Assembly (NCBI GenBank): GCA_903837125.1
Contig: CAILTG010000025.1
Location: 1,340-65,339 of the forward strand
DNA from: Candidatus Magasanikiibacteriota bacterium
GTDB lineage: Bacteria; Patescibacteriota; Patescibacteriia; Magasanikbacterales; UBA922
Length of the DNA stretch: 64,000 nt
Direction: 5' to 3'
Made by a program: the position numbers and the translations under genes
Part shown: positions 16,501-24,595 of the stretch, in pieces
Layout of the letters: each line of letters starts with the position of its first letter
How positions within the stretch are numbered: position 1 is the stretch's first letter
The notes under the pieces: model-generated
Database searches by the model: none
Seen by the model: only the letters and a program-made list of their open reading frames with translations
Told to the model about the DNA's origin: nothing

Positions 16501-17720
16501 AAAGTAGTTCTGCTTATGATCAAACTGTGGCTGGTGTAGTTTCTACTTATCCAACAATTATTGTTGGTAATGGTAAAACGAATTACACTGCTGCCATGGC
16601 CATGATTGGACGTGTGCCAGTAAAAGTTTCTAATGAAAATGGTCTAATTAAACGCGGTGATTTGTTGGTTTCAGCTACTCTTCCCGGCTATGCAATGAAA
16701 TATGATTCAGCTAAAGATGATGGTTTAAAGAATGTGTCTGTTATTGGTGTGGCCTTAGATGATTTTACGGAAGTAACCGGTAAAATTATGATATTGGTTC
16801 GCACTGGCTGGGTAAATAGTAGACATCAATCAATTACTAGTTTACAGCAAAATGTACAAGAGTTGGCCACGACGCAAGGAATTAATTTGGGTAATAATTC
16901 AACAGTATTGAGTGTTCAAAATAATAATGGACAGTTGATTTATAATAATGGTGATTTAAATTTACAAGGTTATTTAATTTTAAATGTTAAAGCTATTGTT
17001 GGCTACAATAATAAATGGTTTATTGATGAGAATGGTTATTTTGTTACTCATTTGCAGACTTCAGCAGGAGACAAGGAAATGTATGGTTTACAATCTCCAC
17101 AAGCAGAATTTGTGTTTTCTAGTTCTTCACAATTAATTGCCGGTGAGGTACATATTAATTTTGATACTTCTGTTAGAGAAATTATTGATGCCTCAACTAC
17201 TTTAAAGATTAATGTTACTTTGACTTCTGGTGAGGCCAAAGGTATTTATGTAAGTAGTAAAGATGCAACCGGTTTTACTGTTAAAGAATTACAAGCCGGT
17301 TCAAGCAACGCTACATTTGATTGGATGGTAGTAGCAAAACGCAGATCAGCTAGTAGTCAACAAGTAACAAATAATAATACAGATATTATTTCAATTCCAA
17401 ATGATACCACTTCAACTTCAGAGTTGACGCCGACTTCTACATCAACTACTGCACCAACTTCCCCGCCTGAGGTGGGTCCACCTGTGTCGGAAACCTCCAC
17501 TCCTATTATTGTGTCTGATCCTACTCCTACTTCTACACCTGATCCCACACCAATAACTACTCCTACACCAGCTCCAGCACCTGAACCTTCTTCTACCCCA
17601 GAAACATTTCCTACTCCGACTCTTGTACCAACACCAGAACCCCAACTAGAGGTTGGTCCGCCTGAGGCGGAAATTCCCACTCCATCTTCTCCAGAGTTGA
17701 CACCAGAGCCAGCACAATAA
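13515..17720 (+). CDS. Giant secreted/surface protein (1401 aa) with about 10 LVIVD-type beta-propeller repeats, fibre-like N-terminal repeats with CIGxxCRxxWP motifs, and a C-terminal Pro/Thr-rich tail
   Basis: N-terminal TM/signal (LFVVGLFLFFSFFVVIFNIYPAQA). Repeats ...YAYVADxxSGLQIIDISNPASPSxVG... recur about 10 times and match the LVIVD repeat consensus. C-terminus TPTPAPAPEPSSTPETFPTPTLVPTPEP. Confidence 0.7.
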   Translation: MFGGLGVKRKPKQATLFVVGLFLFFSFFVVIFNIYPAQAANPPGVITYQGKILFNSLAVTTTQNMKFVLYNALTNGTPLYTASGTLPTTSTVSVTPSNGLFTIDLGSSGTNNLDPAIFQNNQNVYLEVSVGSEILTPRKQITASPYSYNSKYLNGVGTATNSSTTYIPVSDATGNFNFNGVTSSLLYVNGNSILATTTISNLAGATGNISMWTNNLGYLTTSTNLTVSNFATANISQWFNDVGYVTSTGGEIDPIWNAASSSYAKLGSSNTFTGTNIFATTTVDNLSVSELSSQSLVFTGPSGKLSVTSSLHWDNINSRLLIGGVGTPDYTLDVVGSSIIRGNLIVTGTSTFNNYVCIGGVCRNDWPVGGSADTSTIRQMISASSPLNYDSGSGILTITGSNSSTNGYLSSGDWNTFNNKISSQWITTSSDIYFNGGNVGIGVSSSLPQALLDVGHNFTVDVDGNISTSGTLGVSSTATFGGNVCIGVDCRTSWPTGAGFSQWIDATSGIYYNSGNVGIGTTTPSAKLHVKGGNILHEASGNPTLKGAYDTPGYATNVYVSGQYAYVTDGAAGLQIIDISNPASPTSTGNYNPLGNVSDVYVSGKYAYLTDDAVGLQIIDISNPASPSLVGSNNAAVGYYDVYVSGKYAYVADDGSGLQIIDISNPISPTLISTYDTPDFANGVYVSGKYAYVADKTSGLQIIDISNPASPSFVGSYYTSGDTAYDVYVSGKYAYVADSVSGLQIIDISNPASPSFVGRYNTSFAYDVYVSGKYAYVANGVSGLQIIDISNPASPSLVGSNNIATGYGVYVSGKYAYMGGGIDGLQIIDINGTETPSLSAGNVQGSDLTISENVDIGNNLSVRGGLNVGESGIMINGDFGMSGLVTNTLSFSTTTLFKTAATPTTTNAFIFDTLNSFTPATNTYLLSIRNAGVAKFSVATNGDTVAAGNLFASSITVSTGTSPGDLAERVDINPNEQVEVGDVLVVDPDSQDRYKKSSSAYDQTVAGVVSTYPTIIVGNGKTNYTAAMAMIGRVPVKVSNENGLIKRGDLLVSATLPGYAMKYDSAKDDGLKNVSVIGVALDDFTEVTGKIMILVRTGWVNSRHQSITSLQQNVQELATTQGINLGNNSTVLSVQNNNGQLIYNNGDLNLQGYLILNVKAIVGYNNKWFIDENGYFVTHLQTSAGDKEMYGLQSPQAEFVFSSSSQLIAGEVHINFDTSVREIIDASTTLKINVTLTSGEAKGIYVSSKDATGFTVKELQAGSSNATFDWMVVAKRRSASSQQVTNNNTDIISIPNDTTSTSELTPTSTSTTAPTSPPEVGPPVSETSTPIIVSDPTPTSTPDPTPITTPTPAPAPEPSSTPETFPTPTLVPTPEPQLEVGPPEAEIPTPSSPELTPEPAQ

Positions 17721-17736
17721 ATATTTAGCAGATAAA

Positions 17737-17763
17737 AAACCCGCCAGTAAACGGGTTTTTTTA
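17737..17763. terminator. Bidirectional intrinsic terminator between convergent 13515 gene and polA
   Basis: AACCCG-CCAGTAAA-CGGGTT hairpin followed by TTTTTTT. Confidence 0.65.
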
Positions 17764-17795
17764 TTTGTATTTTTTTATGTGTATATTGTATTTTG

Positions 17796-20537
17796 TTATT
17801 TAAGTTCTCCCCAGCGTTTGCCTACACTAATGTGAACTTCTACTGGTACACGAAGTTTTACTACATTTTCCATCGCCTCTTTTACAATTTTACTTACTTC
17901 ATCTTCCAAACCCTCTTTAACTTCCAATACCAATTCATCGTGCACTTGTAAAATCATTTTGACGTCGTTTTTTTTGTATTTTTCTCCATGTATTTTGTCT
18001 AATGTGTTGATCATTGCAAGTTTCATTAAATCTGCGGCTGTGCCTTGAATGGGCATGTTGATCGCCATGCGTTCGCCGGAATTTCTAAGTTGAAAATTAT
18101 CAGCATTTAATTCCGGAATATATCTTCTTCTGCCAAATAAAGTTTCTACATAACCTTCTTTCTTGGCAAATTGCAAAGTTTGTTCAATATATTTTTTTAC
18201 GCCGGCAAATTCTGAAAAATATTTGGCAATAAATTCTTTGGCCTGCCATTGGGGAATTTTGGTTCGCCAGGAAAGTCCATAAGCGCCCATGCCGTAAAGC
18301 ACGCCAAAATTTACTTCTTTGGCCGCGTAGCGCATTTCTTTGGTTACTTTATCTAAGGGAACATTATTAATTGCCGCGGCAGTGGCTTGATGAATATCTT
18401 TGCCTTCTGCAAAAATTTCAATCATTTTTTCATCATTAGCAAGTGAGGCCACAATGCGGAGTTCAATTTGTGAATAGTCAGCTACAATTAAAGAATAACC
18501 TTTTTCAGAAATAAAAGTGTCACGCACTTCTTTACCAAGTTCAGTCCGAATAGGAATATTTTGCAAATTAGGGTCGGAGCTAGATAATCTACCCGTGGTA
18601 GTTACCGCTTGATTGTAAGTGGTGTGGATACGGCCAGTGGTTTTGTTAATTAATGTTGGTAAAACATCTACATAAGTATTTTGCAGTTTGGCGAGTTCGC
18701 GATGTTCCAAAATCATGGGGATAATGGGGTGTTCTTCAAGCAATTTTTCCAGTTCAGATTCAGCCGTAGACAAACCAGTTTTACCTTTTTTAATAGTATC
18801 GGTGGGAATTTTTAATTTAGTAAATAATATTTCTCGCAGTTGTAAAGGAGAAGCAACATTAAATTCCTGCCCTGCCTCTTTCCAGATTTTTTTGGTTATT
18901 TTTTCTAACTCTTGATTTACATCATGAGAAAGTTTTTTTAAGACAACGGTATCCACCGCCACACCATTAAATTCCATTTCTGCCAAAACCGGAATTAATT
19001 TCATTTCAATTTTTTCAAATAAGCCTTGGTTATCTATTTCTGCCAGTTGTTTTTTCATTTTGGGATAAAGTTCTAAACAGTAACCCAATTCTTCGGCAAT
19101 TTTTTCTTTATCTACACCAAATAAACTAGTTTGGTTTGAGCCAATAGATAAATCTTTACCTAATTCACGCATCACAATATTTTTTAAATCGTGCGAACGA
19201 GTAGAGGAGTTGATGACGTAAGAGGCGATCATGATGTCAAAAATTTGAAATTTGTCCCGATGAAATGCGGGATCCCGTACTTTGTCGGGAAAATTTGAAA
19301 TTTGAAATTTAAGAAGTGATTTGAGGAGAGATTTTAAATCGTGGCCGATGAGAGTTTTTTTATTATCAGAAAATATTTGTGTGGTATCTGTTAGATATTT
19401 TTTTTCAATATAGTAGGTATTTTTTTCTGTGGCAAAAATTAACCCCAACAATTCACTCTCCATGACATTGGTTCCTGACAAAATTTCTTTGCAAGCGAAA
19501 ATGTCCACCTGTTCAATTTCTTTAAGAAAATCTTTTAAATTTTTATCATCAATTTCAATTATGTTTATTTTAGTTTTTTGATTTGTGATTTTTGATTTGT
19601 TTGTATCTTGTTTCTTGGAATTTTCGTCTGATTTGGCTCCTGGCAATCTTTTAATCAATGACCAGAATTCAAACTTTTTTAGTAAATCACTAATTTTTAC
19701 AATATCAAATTGTTTCACTTCACACTCAGCTAATTTAAAATCCAAATCTGGTACATCGCGTACAATTGTGGCTAATTCATAACTCATTTCGGCACTTTTC
19801 TTACCTTCTTTTAATTTTTTTATAACGTTTTCGCTAATCTTTAAATCTTTCAATTTTTCAATCTTTTTGTATATCTCATCTATCCCTCCAACTTTCTGTA
19901 TTAATTCTGTCGCTGTTTTTTCACCAATCCCTGGTACACCAGGAATATTATCCGAAGTATCTCCGCGTAAGGCTTTATAATCCACAATATGCTCTGGTCC
20001 AAAGCCATATTTCTTTTTTACCTCTTCTTTATCATATAAAACAGTTTCACTCAGCCCTTTTTTGGGTGTAAAAACTTGTGTATTATCATCTACCACCTGC
20101 AGTAAATCTTTATCACCCGTAACAATTATTTTTTGTATCTTGTATCTTGTATCTTGTATTTTATTCGTGATTGTTCCAATTACATCGTCTGCTTCAAAAC
20201 CTTTTTTAATATAAATTGGAATATCAAAAGCTTTGACTATATCATAACAAAGAGGAATTTGATCATATAATTCTTGATCAGCTTTTACACGAGTGGCTTT
20301 GTAATCTTTGGAGATTTTGTCGCGAAAAGTGCCACCACCCACATCAAAACTAACTGCCAAATAATCTGGTTTTAAATCAGCAATTACTTTGAGGAGCATA
20401 CTGGTAAAACCGTACACAGCGTTGACCATGGTGCCTTTGACGGTCATGGGGGGGAGGGCGTGGTAGGCGCGGTGGATAATGGCATTACCATCAATGATGA
20501 CGAATTTTTTATTTTCCATACGGAAGTATTTTAGCAT
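17796..20537 (-). CDS. polA: DNA polymerase I (5'-3' exonuclease, 3'-5' exo-like and polymerase domains)
   Basis: 913 aa. The 5'-nuclease motifs (GFEADDVIGT, TGDKDLLQVV) and polymerase motifs (LIVADYSQIELRI, QVHDELVLEV) are present. A second ATG 18 nt downstream (MENKKFVIIDG) is an alternative start. Confidence 0.9.
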   Translation of the reverse strand: MLKYFRMENKKFVIIDGNAIIHRAYHALPPMTVKGTMVNAVYGFTSMLLKVIADLKPDYLAVSFDVGGGTFRDKISKDYKATRVKADQELYDQIPLCYDIVKAFDIPIYIKKGFEADDVIGTITNKIQDTRYKIQKIIVTGDKDLLQVVDDNTQVFTPKKGLSETVLYDKEEVKKKYGFGPEHIVDYKALRGDTSDNIPGVPGIGEKTATELIQKVGGIDEIYKKIEKLKDLKISENVIKKLKEGKKSAEMSYELATIVRDVPDLDFKLAECEVKQFDIVKISDLLKKFEFWSLIKRLPGAKSDENSKKQDTNKSKITNQKTKINIIEIDDKNLKDFLKEIEQVDIFACKEILSGTNVMESELLGLIFATEKNTYYIEKKYLTDTTQIFSDNKKTLIGHDLKSLLKSLLKFQISNFPDKVRDPAFHRDKFQIFDIMIASYVINSSTRSHDLKNIVMRELGKDLSIGSNQTSLFGVDKEKIAEELGYCLELYPKMKKQLAEIDNQGLFEKIEMKLIPVLAEMEFNGVAVDTVVLKKLSHDVNQELEKITKKIWKEAGQEFNVASPLQLREILFTKLKIPTDTIKKGKTGLSTAESELEKLLEEHPIIPMILEHRELAKLQNTYVDVLPTLINKTTGRIHTTYNQAVTTTGRLSSSDPNLQNIPIRTELGKEVRDTFISEKGYSLIVADYSQIELRIVASLANDEKMIEIFAEGKDIHQATAAAINNVPLDKVTKEMRYAAKEVNFGVLYGMGAYGLSWRTKIPQWQAKEFIAKYFSEFAGVKKYIEQTLQFAKKEGYVETLFGRRRYIPELNADNFQLRNSGERMAINMPIQGTAADLMKLAMINTLDKIHGEKYKKNDVKMILQVHDELVLEVKEGLEDEVSKIVKEAMENVVKLRVPVEVHISVGKRWGELK

Positions 20538-20628
20538 TTTAGGTGTTGAAAGTAAAACGATTCTTTCCTTACTTTTTCACTAGAATGATTATACAAATAA
20601 AAAATACACTTATTCAGTGTATAACTTG

Positions 20629-20700
20629 AGGTACCGGTGGGAATCGCACCCACGCATAGGGGTTTTGCAGACCCCTGCCTTACTGCTTGGCTACGGTACC
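20629..20700 (-). tRNA. tRNA-Cys (GCA)
   Basis: Manual fold of rc: acceptor GGTACCG/CGGTACC, D-arm GCC-AAGCAGTAA-GGC, anticodon arm GGGGT-CUGCAAA-ACCCC (anticodon GCA), T-arm GTGGG-TGCGATT-CCCAC. Confidence 0.8.
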
Positions 20701-20790
20701 ATTGTTGAATTTTTAAACAATTTTTATTTACTTAATTTTTTAATCACAGACAGATTATAGCAGATTTAAATTTGGATTTCAAGAGCTTTA

Positions 20791-20820
20791 AACCCGCCTC
20801 ATCGGCGGGTTTTATTTATT
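20791..20820. terminator. Hairpin (AACCCGCC-TCAT-CGGCGGGTT) with T-run on plus strand; likely terminator for the convergent minus-strand gene 20849-21334
   Basis: Perfect 8-bp stem. T-run follows on the plus strand only; weaker U-tract in the minus orientation. Confidence 0.4.
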
Positions 20821-20848
20821 TCTGTTTTAATCTGTTTAAATCAATGCT

Positions 20849-21334
20849 TTAGCGGCGAGCCAACTTTCTGGCACAGCTCCAGGCTCGCCAGTGTCCATCT
20901 TTTAATCTTTTTTCAATTGCCCAATCAGTAGCTTTTTTATAATCTAATTTATCAGAATTAGAAATATCTTTATGAATACTATTAATCTGCCACAGTCCTA
21001 AATCTGCAGTGTGGTTATAGTTAACCCCCATGGCATCTGAGTTCCATTTGCTTTCACAGTTAATAATAATTTCTACTTCATCAGGATCAAGACCGGCAGC
21101 GGTTACGCGCTGTAATACCCAGTCTTTCATGGATAATTCTGGCGGTTCAACTGGTTCATCTTTAGGTGTGGTAGAAACATTTAGACCAAACCAACTTAGT
21201 CCTTGATTTAAAGTATTTAAAGTGTCAGCTTTGGCAGTTTCGTGGATACTCATTGAACCAACAAAAGAAATAACTATAATGATAGCAACGGTTTTATGAT
21301 AAAATTTGGATAAATTTTTGGAAAATAACTTCAT
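20849..21334 (-). CDS. Secreted lysozyme-like/transglycosylase-domain protein
   Basis: N-terminal TM/signal. Motif CESKWNSDAMGVNYNHTADLGLWQINSIH resembles the lytic transglycosylase/lysozyme-like family catalytic region (CES...G...GLxQIN). Confidence 0.55.
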   Translation of the reverse strand: MKLFSKNLSKFYHKTVAIIIVISFVGSMSIHETAKADTLNTLNQGLSWFGLNVSTTPKDEPVEPPELSMKDWVLQRVTAAGLDPDEVEIIINCESKWNSDAMGVNYNHTADLGLWQINSIHKDISNSDKLDYKKATDWAIEKRLKDGHWRAWSCARKLARR

Positions 21335-21533
21335 AAGTTGTTTTTCTTTCTGTTGAAAGCGAGTTCAGTATTCCAGGTGGATTAACAGCCTTTGAGGAAT
21401 AAAAAATCCTGATGATATACTCAGGAATCCTTCAACGCAAAAGTATACCAGAAAAGGTCCTCTTTGTCAATATTTCAAGTTATGATATACTATTGTTTAT
21501 AATGATATTTAGCTAAAATAAGGCAAATTTGCT

Positions 21534-24500
21534 ATGGTACATATCAACAGGCGGAGTTATGGATTTACCAAGGGTAACCCTCTCAAAAGACCAAAATTAG
21601 AAAATGGTAAAGTAGAAGTTACTGGTAATTATTCTGGAGTAAGACAAGTGGGGCCAAATAAATTTTGGCTTATTTTAGTGTTTATTTTGTTATTACCTTT
21701 TAAAATTGTTTGGTGGTTATTTAGAAGTGTGAAGTATTTATGGCAAAAAACGCCTAAATTAAGCCAAAAATCTAAGAAAAATTTATGGGTAAAAATTGGT
21801 TGGACAGCACTCACTTTGGTGATTTTGGGATTTTTGGCAGGTACAATCGCCGTGGCTTGGGCCAGTCGGGATTTGCCAGATCCGGAAAAGTTAACCGATC
21901 GAAAAGTAGCCCAAAGTACTAAAATTTATGACCGCACGGGGACACATTTGCTTTATGAAGTTTATAGTGGTGAAAAGAGAACTTTGGTGAAGCTAGAAGA
22001 AATTCCTAAAAATTTGGTAAATGGGGTAATTGCTACTGAAGATACTAAATTTTATCAGCACAATGGTATTGACCCCTTGGGATGGCTCCGAGCAATATAT
22101 TATGCAGTGATTAAAGGTCAGAGGATTGCTGGCACTTCTACTATTACTCAACAATTAATTAAAAATGCGGTACTCACTAATGAGCGTTCTGTGCTTAGAA
22201 AAATTAAAGAAGTAATTTTATCTTTACGTTTGGAGCAAAAATATACCAAAGACCAGATTTTGCAAATTTATTTTAATGAAATTCCTTATGGTTCCACTAA
22301 TTATGGGGTGGAGGCCGCGGCTCAAAGTTATTTTGGCAAGCACGTATCAGAATTGAATTTGCAAGAATGCGCTACTTTGACAGGTTTACCACAATCACCT
22401 TCCACTTATTTAGGTAATACTAAAGCTTTAAAAAATCGTCGTGATTTTGTTTTGGAAAGAATGGTGGTGGCAGGATATATTACTCGTGAAGCAGCAGACA
22501 AAGCTCAAGCTGAGCCAATAACTTTGCAAAAAAATTATGGTAATATTAAGGCACCGCATTTTGTACTTTATGTGCGTGATCAATTGATTAATAAATTTGG
22601 CGAAGAGGTAGTAGATACTGGCGGGTTTAAAGTGATTACTACTTTAGATTGGGACAAACAGCAAATTGCTGAAGAAGTGGTTTCTTCTTCAGCAAAAAAT
22701 TTATTAGCTAGCAATGCTAATAATGCTTCTTTGGTGGCCTTGGACCCAAAAACTGGTCAAATTTTAAGCATGATTGGATCAATAGATTTTTATAATAAAG
22801 ATATTGATGGACAATTTAATGTGGCAACTTTGGGTAAGCGCCAGCCTGGCTCATCATTTAAACCAATTATTTATTCTGCTTTGTTTGAAAAAGGTTATAC
22901 GCCAGATACTATTTTGTGGGATGTGAATCGTAACTTTGCTGTTTCTGGTGTTCCTTATCAACCGCATGATTATGATAATAAAGAACGCGGGCCGGTTTCC
23001 ATTCGGCAGGCTTTGCAGGGTTCATTAAACATTCCTGCGGTTGAGGCCTTATATTTATTGGGGTCAAAAAGTGGTGTGGATTTTGCTGGGCGTATGGGTT
23101 ATACCACTTTAAGTGAGGGAGAATTTGGTTTAGCTTTGGTTTTGGGAGGTGGTGAAGTTAAACTTTTGGATCATACCAATGCTTATGCAGTGTTTGCTAA
23201 TAATGGAGTAAAAAATGATCCAGTTAGTATTTTAAGTGTGGAAGATTCTACTGGTGAGGTGCTTTTTAAATGGAAACCAAGTGTTGGTGTTCAAGTGTTA
23301 GATAAAAAAATAACTGATATTATGTCAAATGTTTTAAGTGATGATGCTGCCCGAGCTTATGTGTTTGGCGCTGGTAGTGTGCTTACTTTAAAAGATCGGC
23401 CAGTGGCTGTTAAAACTGGTACTACTAATGATTATAAAGATGCTTGGACAGTTGGTTACACGCCATCACTGGTGACTGGAGTATGGGTGGGTAATACCAA
23501 TAATAGTGCTATGAAAAAAGGTGATGGTGGTTCTAAATTAGCCGCGCCAATTTGGAATAAATTTATGAGTGGGGCCTTAAAAAATATGCCGGTTGAAGAA
23601 TTTTCTCCATTACCACCCAATGAAGCAACTAAACCAATTTTGCGCGGTTCGGTGGGCGGTAGTATTACTTTAAATATTGATTCAGCTACTGGTAAAATCG
23701 CCACCACTTCCACACCAGCGCAGTATGTGGTGCAAAGAACTTATACTCCTGCTCATTCTATTCTATATTATGTAAATAAAGACGATCCACAAGGTCCGCC
23801 ATTGGCCGACCCGGCTGTTGACCCGCAATTTTCAATTTGGGAAACTGCTATTCAGGATTGGGTAGTGCGTCAAAAAGCTGCCAATCCAAATTGGCAGATG
23901 ACTTTTGAAGATCCACCAACAGAGTATGACAATTTGAATAATTTAAGTGGCGAGCAACCAAGTTTGGAGGTATTGAATCCTTTACCAAACAGTAATCTTA
24001 CTTCAAGGGAAATTAATTTTAGTATTAAAGCCAGTTCTCCTCGGGGAGTTACTCGGGTGACTTATAAAATTGATGATAAATATGTTGGCGTTTTGCAAAC
24101 TCCGCCATTTAATTTAAATTATTATGCTAGTGGTTTACAGGATGGAAATCATTTGTTAACAGTAATTGCTGTAGATGACGTTGATAATCAGGCAATTCAA
24201 CAAGTGCCTTTTGTTTTAGCGGCTGGTCTTGAAACGCCGTCAGTATTTTGGGCTAGTAATAATAATCAAAAAGTTAAACAAATAAATTTTCCTCAGATTT
24301 TCTTTTTAAGTTTTTATCAGCTTGATCAAATAGCCGAAGTACAGATTTATCAGCAAACATTTGGTGGACCAAAAATATCTTTGGGGCAAGTTGATTTAAA
24401 AAATATTTTTAATAACCAATTAAATTTTAAATGGAACGAAGTACCGGAGAAGGGAAATTGGAATTTACTTGCGGAATTTAAGTTGAAAGACGGTAGTGTG

Positions 24501-24536
24501 AAAGAATCACCGGCTTTAACAGTAGCGGTTGAGTGA
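21534..24536 (+). CDS. Class A penicillin-binding protein (bifunctional glycosyltransferase/transpeptidase) with C-terminal Ig-like extension
   Basis: GT51 motifs (EDTKFYQHNGIDPLG, RIAGTSTITQQLIKN). Transpeptidase motifs: SSFKP (SxxK), SLN and KTGTT. N-terminal TM anchor. About 250 aa extra at the C-terminus. Confidence 0.85.
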   Translation: MVHINRRSYGFTKGNPLKRPKLENGKVEVTGNYSGVRQVGPNKFWLILVFILLLPFKIVWWLFRSVKYLWQKTPKLSQKSKKNLWVKIGWTALTLVILGFLAGTIAVAWASRDLPDPEKLTDRKVAQSTKIYDRTGTHLLYEVYSGEKRTLVKLEEIPKNLVNGVIATEDTKFYQHNGIDPLGWLRAIYYAVIKGQRIAGTSTITQQLIKNAVLTNERSVLRKIKEVILSLRLEQKYTKDQILQIYFNEIPYGSTNYGVEAAAQSYFGKHVSELNLQECATLTGLPQSPSTYLGNTKALKNRRDFVLERMVVAGYITREAADKAQAEPITLQKNYGNIKAPHFVLYVRDQLINKFGEEVVDTGGFKVITTLDWDKQQIAEEVVSSSAKNLLASNANNASLVALDPKTGQILSMIGSIDFYNKDIDGQFNVATLGKRQPGSSFKPIIYSALFEKGYTPDTILWDVNRNFAVSGVPYQPHDYDNKERGPVSIRQALQGSLNIPAVEALYLLGSKSGVDFAGRMGYTTLSEGEFGLALVLGGGEVKLLDHTNAYAVFANNGVKNDPVSILSVEDSTGEVLFKWKPSVGVQVLDKKITDIMSNVLSDDAARAYVFGAGSVLTLKDRPVAVKTGTTNDYKDAWTVGYTPSLVTGVWVGNTNNSAMKKGDGGSKLAAPIWNKFMSGALKNMPVEEFSPLPPNEATKPILRGSVGGSITLNIDSATGKIATTSTPAQYVVQRTYTPAHSILYYVNKDDPQGPPLADPAVDPQFSIWETAIQDWVVRQKAANPNWQMTFEDPPTEYDNLNNLSGEQPSLEVLNPLPNSNLTSREINFSIKASSPRGVTRVTYKIDDKYVGVLQTPPFNLNYYASGLQDGNHLLTVIAVDDVDNQAIQQVPFVLAAGLETPSVFWASNNNQKVKQINFPQIFFLSFYQLDQIAEVQIYQQTFGGPKISLGQVDLKNIFNNQLNFKWNEVPEKGNWNLLAEFKLKDGSVKESPALTVAVE

Positions 24537-24555
24537 AGAAAATTATTAACAAAAA

Positions 24556-24590
24556 AAGAGTCTTAACTCTTTTTTTGTTTGGTGATTTTT
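24556..24590. terminator. Bidirectional intrinsic terminator between PBP gene and lgt
   Basis: AAGAGT-CTTA-ACTCTT hairpin flanked by A-run and TTTTTTTG. Confidence 0.6.
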
Positions 24591-24595
24591 TAATC

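Noticed and set aside
17357-17680. Two minus-strand ORFs (Gly/Val-rich and Arg/Cys/Trp-rich) at the 3' end of the 1401-aa gene
   Set aside because: Antisense frames of the Pro/Thr-rich tail; low-complexity shadows.
20538-20628. Possible second tRNA or structured RNA between polA and tRNA-Cys
   Set aside because: No cloverleaf could be folded; sequence is simple AT-rich spacer.
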